A stretch of 38,742 nt of DNA from an uncultured Eubacteriales bacterium (lineage in GTDB: Bacteria > Bacillota > Clostridia > Oscillospirales > Oscillospiraceae). Shown piece by piece: positions 18,579 through 27,139 of this stretch. How positions within the stretch are numbered: position 1 is the stretch's first letter; the number at the start of each line of letters is the position of its first letter. The notes beneath the pieces are model-generated. The model did no database searches. It saw only the letters and a list, made by a program, of their open reading frames with translations, and was not told the DNA's origin. The DNA lies in assembly GCA_949744165.1 (NCBI GenBank), contig CATJWG010000174.1:1-38742 (forward strand). The letters are read 5' to 3'. Made by a program: the position numbers and the translations under genes.

Positions 18579-19495
18579 TGGAGACGGAATTTTTTACCGT
18601 GGAAACGGCAGGAGAGCGCGTTGACGCCCTCCTGCCTCAGCTTATACCGGATTTGACTCGCTCGGGCGCGCAGAGGCTTATAGAAAGCGGCTGCGTGACT
18701 GTAAACGGCGCTGCGGCGAAAAAAAACCTGCGCGTTAACGCGGGCAACATCGTGGGCGTGACGCTGCCGGAGCCGGAGTGCGCTGTGCCCGTGCCGCAGG
18801 AGCTGCCGCTGGACGTGGTATATGAGGACTCGGACCTTATCGTGGTCAACAAGGCCCGCGGCATGGTGGTGCATCCCGCGCCGGGACATCCCGACGGCAC
18901 GCTTGTTAACGCCCTGCTGTGGCGCTGCGGAGACAGCCTGTCAGGCGTCGGCGGAGAGCGCCGGCCTGGCATAGTTCACCGCATAGACAAGGACACCTCT
19001 GGCCTCATTATCGCAGCAAAGAACGATTTTGCCCACCGCGCGCTGTCCGCGCAGTTGTCTGACCACACGCTGGCGCGTACCTATGAGGCAGTTGTTTATG
19101 GACGAGTGCGTGACGATGACGGGACCGTGGACGCGCCCATAGGTCGCTGCCCGACGGACCGCAAGCGAATGGCCGTGACTGAAAAAAATTCACGTCCGGC
19201 TGTAACGCACTATGAGGTCATCACCCGTTACAGTGGCTTCACTCACCTGCGCTGCCGCTTGGAAACGGGACGCACACACCAGATTCGCGTACATATGGAA
19301 AGGATGGGCCACCCGCTTTTGGGCGACATGGTGTACGGCCGCAGGTGTCCTGCCAAAGGGCTTGAAGGCCAATGCCTTCACGCGCGCGCGCTGCGCTTCA
19401 TTCACCCGCGTACGGATCTTACAGTAGAACTGGAAACGCCGCTGCCGGAGTATTTTACGCAGGTGCTCTCAAGGCTCGGCAAGCCTGAGGGCTGA
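18578..19495 (+). CDS. rluD: RluA-family 23S rRNA pseudouridine synthase (RluD-like)
   Basis: It has an N-terminal S4 domain and the catalytic HRIDKDTSGLIIAAKN and GRTHQIRVH motifs. The lspA-rluD pairing is conserved. The track's start at 18575 (GTG) is one codon longer. Confidence 0.9.
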   Translation: METEFFTVETAGERVDALLPQLIPDLTRSGAQRLIESGCVTVNGAAAKKNLRVNAGNIVGVTLPEPECAVPVPQELPLDVVYEDSDLIVVNKARGMVVHPAPGHPDGTLVNALLWRCGDSLSGVGGERRPGIVHRIDKDTSGLIIAAKNDFAHRALSAQLSDHTLARTYEAVVYGRVRDDDGTVDAPIGRCPTDRKRMAVTEKNSRPAVTHYEVITRYSGFTHLRCRLETGRTHQIRVHMERMGHPLLGDMVYGRRCPAKGLEGQCLHARALRFIHPRTDLTVELETPLPEYFTQVLSRLGKPEG

Positions 19496-19549
19496 CGGCA
19501 GAGTAGTCGCGTTCCACGGATAAAAGTCAAAAACTGAGGGGGAAATTTT

Positions 19550-19798
19550 ATGCTCGGAATAATCGTCACCATACTAATAGGCGCCCTGTCCGGCTATCTG
19601 GCGGGGCTGATAATGAAGATAAAGGGCGGCTTCTGGTTCAACTGTGTGCTGGGCATAGTCGGCTCATTTATCGGATTCTTTCTGGCCAGTATCATCGGCA
19701 TCACCGCCTCGCGCGTGAGCATTGGCGGAATTTTGCTGTCCGTTGCGGGCGCATGCCTGCTGATTTGGCTGGTAAGAAAAATAGGAAGCAAAGTGTAA
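19550..19798 (+). CDS. GlsB/YeaQ/YmgE-family small membrane protein (transglycosylase-associated)
   Basis: 82 aa with three Gly-rich TM helices (GIIVTILIGALSGYLAG...GIVGSFIGFFL...). GGGGGA lies upstream. Confidence 0.75.
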   Translation: MLGIIVTILIGALSGYLAGLIMKIKGGFWFNCVLGIVGSFIGFFLASIIGITASRVSIGGILLSVAGACLLIWLVRKIGSKV

Positions 19799-19809
19799 AA
19801 AGCATGAAG

Positions 19810-19834
19810 AAGGCCGCCCATTTGGGGCGGCCTT
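19810..19834. terminator. hairpin between convergent genes (candidate bidirectional terminator)
   Basis: AAGGCCGCCC (19810-19819), loop ATTTG, GGGCGGCCTT (19825-19834); a perfect 10-bp stem. The flanking T-tracts are weak. Confidence 0.5.
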
Positions 19835-19846
19835 GGCTTTACCTTA

Positions 19847-22240
19847 TCAGAGCATGTTTTCCGTTCTCTTTATTATCTCATTCTGTACCGCGGGGGTAAG
19901 AAGGGTGAAATAGGTGCTGTAGCCTGCCACACGGACAATGAGGTCCTGATAGTCCCTGGGGGTCTCCTGAGCATTTTTGAGCACCTTGTTGTCCACGACG
20001 TTGAACTGGATATGCTTGCCGCCGTTGTACATATAGGTCCTTACCAATTCGACAAGCTTTTCAAGGTCGCTGTCGCTTTTCAGGGTACTGGGGTGTATCT
20101 TCATGTTCAGCAGTGCGGCGTTAAATGGGGTCTGGTTAATCTTCATCGCGCTGGTCAGTGAAGCGAGCGGCCCCTCGTGGTCGGTCCCCTGGGCTGGGGA
20201 CATCACGCCGTCGCACAGAGTCTCACCGCAGCAGCGGCCATCCGTGGTTGCGCAGGTATAGGAGCCGCCGGGAGCGTGGGCGGTAATGGACACGCCCGTG
20301 GGTCTGGGGGCCTCGCCGTACACCGTGCGGAAGCTCGCGGTTGTCTTTTCCCAGAACTCGTACAGCTCCACGGCTATGTCGTCGGCAAAGCTGTCGTTAT
20401 TGCCGAACTTGGGCGCCCTGAGACACTCGAGGCGCAAATCCTCATACCCCTCCCAGTCGGACTCTACAGCCTCGAACATGGTGCCCATACTTACCTTTTT
20501 GTCCTCAAACACGAGCTTTTTTATCGCGGCCATGGAGTTAGCCACGTTTATCATGCCGATAGGATTGAACATTGAGGCGTTTTCATAGAACATTTTCCTG
20601 TCGAACATGTCGCGTCCGCTGGTGATGCCGTCCTTGGTGAAGGCGGAGTGGACCACGTCGCAGAACACCTCGCGCGTTACGCGTATGAGGATGTTATGTT
20701 CCTCGTTGTACAGTCCCATGAAATATTTAAGCTGGGTCTTGAAAGCGTCCATGAAGCTGTCAAAGCTCGTGAAGTCCTTCATCTCGCCGGTGCGGGGTCC
20801 GAGCTGCTCGCCGGTCTGGGTGAGCACGCCGTTGTGCATTGTGATATCCAGTACCTTCGGCACGATGAACATGCCCAGAGCATTTATTCTCGACTTACCG
20901 GGCAGGTTCAGGTCCAGGCAGCCGGCCAAAGCGTAGTCACGAGCGTCCTCAAGGGGTATGCCCTGCTCCACAAGGCCGCCGATGTAGCTCTTGTCGGAGA
21001 CAAAGGCCGGCATACCAAGGCCAGTACGCACGAGCTCCGCGGCCTTCATAAGCAGGTCCTTCGGAGTGGTATCCGCCACGCGCACGGTAATGGTGTACTG
21101 CGGCACACGCACCTCGTAGGCAGCCTGGATTACAAGGTATGACAGCTCGTTTGTCGCGTCGCTGCCGTCGGGCTTCACGCCGCAGATAACGAAATTGTGC
21201 CAACGTGCCATGCCGGCCCACTTGTCGCGCTGCTGCGCGCCGCCGTTTACGAAGTTGAACTGCATTATCTTTATGCGCAGGCATTCCAGAAGCTCGAGCA
21301 CCTCGGCGTCGGTTATCGCGCCGGTCTCGATGTCGTGCTTGTAGTAGGGATACATATACTGGTCGAAGCGGCCGCCGGGGGTAGTGCCGTGGGCAACCAT
21401 CATCCAGTAGAAATAGAAATTCTGCATCGCATCGCGGAAGTCGCGCGACGGGTTCTCGGCTATCCAGTGGCAGGTGTCCGCCATTCGCAGGAGCTCTTTT
21501 TTGCGTGTTTCGTCCGTGGTCCCGGCCGCCTTGGCCGAGCAGGCGTCTCCGTACCGGTGATACATGCGCACCATGGCGCTCAGTGCGATTATCACGGCCT
21601 TGAGATACTGGGCCTTGTCGAAGGAATCAGGGTCATGGTAGGTTAGCTTTTGCAGCTCGTCCTCGGCCTGGTGCAGGGTGTGGCTTATTCCCTCCCGGAT
21701 TATCTTGCCGTAGTCCGGCACGAAAAAGGATAGTCCGATGCCGATGCCCCATCCAAAGCCCGCGCCTCCCGCGCCGCGTCCCTTTTCCTTGTCCTTCCAC
21801 GGCGGGCAGAGTATGCCAGAGCGAATGAAGGGCCACAGGTGCCAGTCGTCATAAAAGCGGCCCTGCCACTCGTAAATCTGCCGCCCCTGGCCGGCCCAGA
21901 AGGAGTCGTAGGAGCGCAGCTCACGCCGGTCGTCGTCGGAAATAACAAACTTTCCTCCGTCGAGCATGGTGTCAAGGTCCGCGTCATCCCAGAACGGCCC
22001 CCAGACAGAGGCCTCCATTCCGTGGGGCTGGGACGCCACATTGCCGGCTATAAGCTCGTCGTCGTCAATATATAAAGTGCGCTTGTCGAGGTAATTTGCC
22101 GTGGCGTATGCGTTCTTGAGAATCTGTGGCAGACCCTCATGCTCGCGCCAGGACTCGATAAAATACCTGGCCTTTTCCGCGCAGATGGGGTACTTGTCTG
22201 TCTTCAGGCTCTGCTGCATCCTGGCTATTCTATCCGTCAT
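19847..22240 (-). CDS. glycyl radical enzyme, PFL2/eliminase-like class, substrate unknown (GRE1)
   Basis: 797 aa. The C-terminal glycyl loop is LIVRVAGYSTYF (Gly773) and the catalytic Cys441 lies in LAGCLDLNLPGKSR, 332 residues upstream. It has the N-terminal YPICAEKARYF block and GGRFDQYMYPYY. GGAGG lies 8 nt upstream of the ATG. Confidence 0.9.
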   Translation of the reverse strand: MTDRIARMQQSLKTDKYPICAEKARYFIESWREHEGLPQILKNAYATANYLDKRTLYIDDDELIAGNVASQPHGMEASVWGPFWDDADLDTMLDGGKFVISDDDRRELRSYDSFWAGQGRQIYEWQGRFYDDWHLWPFIRSGILCPPWKDKEKGRGAGGAGFGWGIGIGLSFFVPDYGKIIREGISHTLHQAEDELQKLTYHDPDSFDKAQYLKAVIIALSAMVRMYHRYGDACSAKAAGTTDETRKKELLRMADTCHWIAENPSRDFRDAMQNFYFYWMMVAHGTTPGGRFDQYMYPYYKHDIETGAITDAEVLELLECLRIKIMQFNFVNGGAQQRDKWAGMARWHNFVICGVKPDGSDATNELSYLVIQAAYEVRVPQYTITVRVADTTPKDLLMKAAELVRTGLGMPAFVSDKSYIGGLVEQGIPLEDARDYALAGCLDLNLPGKSRINALGMFIVPKVLDITMHNGVLTQTGEQLGPRTGEMKDFTSFDSFMDAFKTQLKYFMGLYNEEHNILIRVTREVFCDVVHSAFTKDGITSGRDMFDRKMFYENASMFNPIGMINVANSMAAIKKLVFEDKKVSMGTMFEAVESDWEGYEDLRLECLRAPKFGNNDSFADDIAVELYEFWEKTTASFRTVYGEAPRPTGVSITAHAPGGSYTCATTDGRCCGETLCDGVMSPAQGTDHEGPLASLTSAMKINQTPFNAALLNMKIHPSTLKSDSDLEKLVELVRTYMYNGGKHIQFNVVDNKVLKNAQETPRDYQDLIVRVAGYSTYFTLLTPAVQNEIIKRTENML

Positions 22241-22315
22241 GAGAAAATCCTCCGTCTGTGTTATTTTATATATAACATATCATCAAAGCGTCACCGGCGC
22301 AACGAAGAAAAAATC

Positions 22316-22349
22316 GCATTTTCAACAACAATATGCTTGTTGAAAATGC
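22316..22349. promoter_or_regulatory. perfect 13-bp inverted repeat, candidate operator in the GRE1/LysR divergent promoter region
   Basis: GCATTTTCAACAA (22316-22328), 8-nt spacer CAATATGC, TTGTTGAAAATGC (22337-22349). It lies in an AT-rich 211-nt gap between the divergent starts at 22240 and 22452. Confidence 0.5.
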
Positions 22350-22451
22350 ACCTATTGAACAATAAAGATTGAAAAAATAAACAAAATGTGGTAAAATAAA
22401 TATATTTAGGCTTCCACTATTTTTAATACGGAGACCGGAGGGGCGAGACGC

Positions 22452-23459
22452 TTGAATAATATCAGTCTGCAATATTTCATTACAGCGGCGGAGGAACAGA
22501 ACATCACTCAGGCCGCGGCTAAGCTGTTCATCTCCCAGCAGGCGCTGAGCGGGCACATAAAGAAGCTGGAAAAGGCGTACAACGCCGTGTTTTTCGAGCG
22601 CAGCCCCAAACTTAAGCTGACCTATCAGGGCGAGAGGATGCTTGCTTATGCCAGACGGGTGGTTGAGGCCGAGCACGACCTTGTGGAAAAGCTGCGCGAC
22701 GACAGCGAAAACCGCCGCATACGCATGACAATAGGTCAGACCTCTACACGCGGGACCGTGTTCATGCCCACGATAATCGGAAATTATTACAAAATGTTCC
22801 CGAACGTGGTGCTGTCAATAATCTCGGGTAACCACGATTACATTGAGAACCAGCTCCAGCTCGGCAAAATCGAGCTGTACATGGGAATGTCGGCCAACAC
22901 CAATCTGCGCAGCAGCGGAAAAACGCTCTACCGCGACCGGCTGTATTTCATTATCTCCCGCGAGCTGCTCTCCCAAGTGCTCGGCGCAGGAGCGGACGGC
23001 TTTGTCGATGCACATCTCCACGGCTGCGACCTCACCGACGCCTGCCGCTTCCCGATGGCCCTGCCGCCAACCACCAGCACACTGCGCACTACCTTCGAAA
23101 CCATGTTCAACGAGCGCAGCCTCTCGCCCAACATAGTCCTGGAGACGACGGAACACGACATTCTCTTCGACGTGTGCAAAAACGGACTTTGCGGCTGCTT
23201 CGTCTCACGCGAGCTGCTTTACAGAAAGATAATGCACAAGAGCCGGCCGTCAAACGTACTGTATTTCCCCGCTGAGGGAATAACGGAGCTGGCGCACTTC
23301 AACATAGTCTACGGCAACAGGGAACCCTCCCTGCATGTGCGTTCGTTTATCGATTGCTGCCGCGAGACCATATGGCGCTCCATTGAGGAAATAGACAAGT
23401 ACCTGGTGTCGGAGAGCACAGTAAACAGTCACGTATATCCTAAAATGTCCGCGTTCTGA
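22452..23459 (+). CDS. LysR-family transcriptional regulator
   Basis: It has an N-terminal HTH (LQYFITAAEEQNITQAAAKLFISQQALSGHIKKLEKAYNAVFFER) plus a substrate-binding-domain-sized C-terminus. It is divergent from GRE1. TTG start. Confidence 0.9.
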   Translation: MNNISLQYFITAAEEQNITQAAAKLFISQQALSGHIKKLEKAYNAVFFERSPKLKLTYQGERMLAYARRVVEAEHDLVEKLRDDSENRRIRMTIGQTSTRGTVFMPTIIGNYYKMFPNVVLSIISGNHDYIENQLQLGKIELYMGMSANTNLRSSGKTLYRDRLYFIISRELLSQVLGAGADGFVDAHLHGCDLTDACRFPMALPPTTSTLRTTFETMFNERSLSPNIVLETTEHDILFDVCKNGLCGCFVSRELLYRKIMHKSRPSNVLYFPAEGITELAHFNIVYGNREPSLHVRSFIDCCRETIWRSIEEIDKYLVSESTVNSHVYPKMSAF

Positions 23460-23475
23460 GATACAGGGAATTTTG

Positions 23476-23507
23476 AAAAAGTCCTGATGTATATCGGGAC
23501 TTTTTTT
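23476..23507 (+). terminator. intrinsic terminator after the LysR gene
   Basis: AAAAAGTCC (23476-23484), 12-nt loop, GGACTTTTT, with a run of 7 T (23501-23507). Confidence 0.6.
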
Positions 23508-23688
23508 ATGCCCACAACAAAATTATTGTCGAAAATCACACCCAAAACTGTTGGAGTCAGCATTAAATCCGTGGTAAACTCCTAAACATAAAGCACAAAA
23601 ACCGCAGCGGCATAATTGGGGTTTTTGTTCATTTTATTTTAGTCAGGCAGACAACAGCCGGACTAAGCGCAAAAAACAGAAAAGGAGA

Positions 23689-24186
23689 ATGCAGGCATTG
23701 GAAAAGCTGAAAAAAGACCGCCTGTTGGGAATCATTGTCCTTGTCATTGCGGCCTTTTTTGCCTACTTCACTGGCAAATTGGGCTCGACAAACTTTGAGG
23801 GCGACCCTGGGCCAAAGATGTTCCCCTACATGGGCTCGATTATCATGGCGTTGTGCGGCATAATTCTCTTGGTAAAACCCGAGAAAAAGGAAAAGGGGAA
23901 ATTCCTCAGCCGCGATGAGCTTAAGCACGCCGCGCTCCTGTTCGGCATCTACGTGCTGTTCGTTGTAATGATGAAGTATCTCGGCTTTGTAGTAACCGCA
24001 CCGATTGTGCTGTTTGTCGTGTCATTCCTGTTTTCGAAAATTTCTGACCCCGGCGCGACGGCAAGGGCTCGTGTAATCCGCAGCCTTATCTACTCCGTGG
24101 CCGTAACCGCCGCGCTGTATCTGGTATACGTCGTGGCGCTGGACGCGAAGCTTCCCAGCGGCGCGCTGCTCAAGCTGTTCAGATAA
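23689..24186 (+). CDS. tctB: tripartite tricarboxylate transporter small membrane subunit TctB
   Basis: 165 aa with four predicted TM helices, immediately upstream of tctA. The start may instead be TTG at 23698, which has better spacing from AAAGGAG. Confidence 0.7.
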   Translation: MQALEKLKKDRLLGIIVLVIAAFFAYFTGKLGSTNFEGDPGPKMFPYMGSIIMALCGIILLVKPEKKEKGKFLSRDELKHAALLFGIYVLFVVMMKYLGFVVTAPIVLFVVSFLFSKISDPGATARARVIRSLIYSVAVTAALYLVYVVALDAKLPSGALLKLFR

Positions 24187-24200
24187 GGGAGGAAAAGAAA

Positions 24201-25682
24201 ATGCTCAATTACCTGCTCCAGTCTCTGGGCACCCTGTGCTCGTTTACAGGCATAATGTACATACTCATCGGCTCCATCGCCGGATTACTCTTCGGCTCCC
24301 TGCCGGGACTTTCCGGCGGCACGATAATGGTTTTGCTGCTGCCGATAAGCTACAAGATGGACCCCGTGCTGGCTATGGCGCTTTTCATGTCCATACACAT
24401 CGGCTCAACCTGCGGCGGATGCATCGGCTCAATCCTTCTCGGTATACCCGGCACCAGCGGTTCTATCGCCACGACATGGGACGGCTATGAATTTACCAAG
24501 CAGGGCGACCCAGTACGCGCGCTGTCCGCGGCCGTTGTTTGCAATTTCATTGGCACCATACCTTCCATAGTCATCGCCATGGCGGCCTGCCGCACGCTGG
24601 CAAACCTTGGCGTTAAGCTTGGCCCCTGGGAATACGCGGCTATGTGCTTCTGCGCGGTGTGCATGGTTATAGGTCTGTCCAAGGGAAACATGGTCAAGGG
24701 CTTTGTCGGCGTGGGCCTTGCAGTCCTGATTGCCTCGATAGGTACCGACCCCATAAACGGCAGCGTGCGTCTGACATTTGGTTCGATGGATATGTACAGC
24801 GGAGTCAACGTCATCAACATCATGCTCGGTCTGTACGCGGCAAAGCTAATTCTGCTCGAGTACGCCCGCCGGAGCCGCGGCGCAAAAACGAACATAAAAG
24901 TCCGGCGCTTCAAGTGGCCCGGCAGGGACCTCAAAGACAACAAAGGCAACATGATACGCTCGTTTGTAACCGGAGCGTTTATCGGCTTTCTGCCCGGGCT
25001 GGGCGCGCCGACCTCCACCGTAATCGCCTACGCCAACGAAAAGAGTCTGGCTAAAGACTCAGAGAAGTGGGGCCACGGCGCGATAGGCGGAGTTATCGCG
25101 CCCGAAATCTGCAACAATGCCGGAATCGGCGGAGCAATGATACCAATGCTGGCGCTTGGCATCCCCGGCGACGCGATAATGGTCCAGTTTATGGCCGTTA
25201 TGTCCATTCATGGCATAACCTCCGGACCTATGCTCATGAAAACGAACCCAGACATGGTATACATGCTCTTCACAGCGGCGATGGTCGCGGCAATATTCGT
25301 TCTGCTGGTGCAGACTCTGGGTATGCCGATGTTTCCGAAATTCATTTCCTTCCCCTACCACTATCTATATCCGGCAATAATCGTTGTCAGCTTCCTCGGC
25401 TCATACATGACCGCCGGCAGCATCTTCGGCGTGGTTGTTACCGTGTGCGCCTGCGCGCTGGGGCTTGCGATGGACTATTTTGCCATACCAATAATGCCGT
25501 TTATCATGACCTATATTCTCGCCTCTCTGTTTGAGAAAAACGTACGGCAGGCCATGAACTTCTCGCTCGTGGGTGTACAGGAATTTTTCACCCGTCCCGT
25601 GTCGCTGATATTCATTCTCGCTGGGTTGGCCGTACTGGCAATACATTTTGTAAAGCCTCTTATAAGTAAGGTCAGGGAGTGA
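24201..25682 (+). CDS. tctA: tripartite tricarboxylate transporter permease TctA
   Basis: 493-aa polytopic protein. TctA-type blocks are present (GSLPGLSGGTIMVLLLP, GIPGTSGSIAT, GFLPGLGAPTS, GIPGDAIM). GGGAGG RBS. Confidence 0.88.
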   Translation: MLNYLLQSLGTLCSFTGIMYILIGSIAGLLFGSLPGLSGGTIMVLLLPISYKMDPVLAMALFMSIHIGSTCGGCIGSILLGIPGTSGSIATTWDGYEFTKQGDPVRALSAAVVCNFIGTIPSIVIAMAACRTLANLGVKLGPWEYAAMCFCAVCMVIGLSKGNMVKGFVGVGLAVLIASIGTDPINGSVRLTFGSMDMYSGVNVINIMLGLYAAKLILLEYARRSRGAKTNIKVRRFKWPGRDLKDNKGNMIRSFVTGAFIGFLPGLGAPTSTVIAYANEKSLAKDSEKWGHGAIGGVIAPEICNNAGIGGAMIPMLALGIPGDAIMVQFMAVMSIHGITSGPMLMKTNPDMVYMLFTAAMVAAIFVLLVQTLGMPMFPKFISFPYHYLYPAIIVVSFLGSYMTAGSIFGVVVTVCACALGLAMDYFAIPIMPFIMTYILASLFEKNVRQAMNFSLVGVQEFFTRPVSLIFILAGLAVLAIHFVKPLISKVRE

Positions 25683-25749
25683 GCCGGAACCAATTTAAAG
25701 AGTACCGCGGCAAAAACCGCGTACCAATAAAACAAGGAGGACCAATGAA

Positions 25750-26859
25750 ATGAAAAAGAGTATAGCTATTATTCTCGCGCTTGTGATGCTTCTTGCTCTG
25801 TGCGCCTGCGGTGACACAGGCAACAGCAGCAATACCCCCGCCCCGGCAAGCACCCCTGCTCCCGCGGATAACAACGCCCCCGCAGACAATATCCCTCCGT
25901 CCGACGATAAGCCGGAGATAAGCTGGCCGACTGACACCGTGACGGTTTACGTTCCTGCCGACGTCGGCGCGCCGCTGGACCTGGCCACACGAGTTCTGGT
26001 TGACTGGCTGACTGAAAAAACCGGCGGCACCTTCGTGGTGGAAAACGACGCTGCCGGAGGCGGCGCACGTGTCGCCAACCTCACCACCCAGGGAGAGAAG
26101 GACGGCACCGTACTCATGTCCTGTGGTTGCGGACAGCTTATCTCCTCATACAATGGCACCTGGGACATCAGCCTTGCCAATCCCGAACAGTTCAGTATAA
26201 TCGCACCGAATATTGGTCAGGCTCTGCCCTCTGGCGGCGTGTTCGTCACACAGCCCGACGCACCTTATAACAGTATTCCCGAGCTGGTGGAGTATGTCGA
26301 GGCTAACCCGAATACCGTCACTGTAGCCGTTGTCATGGGCACCCCGCATGAGGTGCGGCTCAAGCTCATAACCGAGCACTACGGCATCTCCGACAAGGTC
26401 CGCTGGGTCTCCTGCACTAACAACGACGCGCTTACCGGCCTGCTCGGCGGCACTATAAATCTCGGCTGCCTTACTGAGACCGTAGGCCCGCAGTATGTTG
26501 CCGACGGCAGCCTCAAGGGTCTGCTCAACAGCCGCACCGAGCGCGGCTACGCCGATGATGAGCTCAAGGAAACTCTCGACTCCATCCCCATAGTACCTGA
26601 TATCATCGGCGGCGACTGTGAAAGCCTTGTCATCGCCTGGCCGATGCTGGTTGTCGGTCCCGGCGGCATGGACGACGAGCTTTGCAAGTACATCAACGAC
26701 TGCATCGCCGACATAATAAACAGTGAGGAGTACATGGAACGCGTGTACGGCCTTGGCGGCACGAACACCTACCAGCCCATGACGGTTGAGGAAATCCGCC
26801 AGGTCGTCGCCGACGCCGACGCTCAGCTCGCGGAAATCTGGGCCAATTTTGAAGGCTGA
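25750..26859 (+). CDS. tctC: TctC/Bug-family solute-binding lipoprotein
   Basis: It has a signal peptide plus lipobox (LLALCACG), a Pro/Ala/Asn-rich tether and a Bug-family block (FVVENDAAGGGARVAN). AAGGAGG RBS. Confidence 0.8.
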   Translation: MKKSIAIILALVMLLALCACGDTGNSSNTPAPASTPAPADNNAPADNIPPSDDKPEISWPTDTVTVYVPADVGAPLDLATRVLVDWLTEKTGGTFVVENDAAGGGARVANLTTQGEKDGTVLMSCGCGQLISSYNGTWDISLANPEQFSIIAPNIGQALPSGGVFVTQPDAPYNSIPELVEYVEANPNTVTVAVVMGTPHEVRLKLITEHYGISDKVRWVSCTNNDALTGLLGGTINLGCLTETVGPQYVADGSLKGLLNSRTERGYADDELKETLDSIPIVPDIIGGDCESLVIAWPMLVVGPGGMDDELCKYINDCIADIINSEEYMERVYGLGGTNTYQPMTVEEIRQVVADADAQLAEIWANFEG

Positions 26860-26870
26860 AAGAAATAGAA

Positions 26871-26898
26871 AAAGGGACCGCTCCGCGGCCCCTTTTTT
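26871..26898 (+). terminator. intrinsic terminator after tctC
   Basis: AAAGGGACCGC, loop TCC, GCGGCCCCTTTTTT. The stem is 8 bp with one mismatch, followed by a 6-T tract. Confidence 0.6.
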
Positions 26899-27139
26899 GA
26901 GAAGGTTTTGCCCCGCCGCGAGACTCTATTGTCCCGTCCCGCAATAAGGATGAGACAGGCAGTCGCACTCCTTACGCAGAGCATCTTCCTTGTTCTAAGT
27001 GGGCAAAAATCGAGTTCGAGATAGGCATAATCACTAAAACACCGTATAAATTTTCTGCAAAAACTACATATTTACATTTCAGCAGCAGAAAGGTTTATTA
27101 TGATGGTATAAAACGGAAAATTAAATTTGGAGGTCAGTT

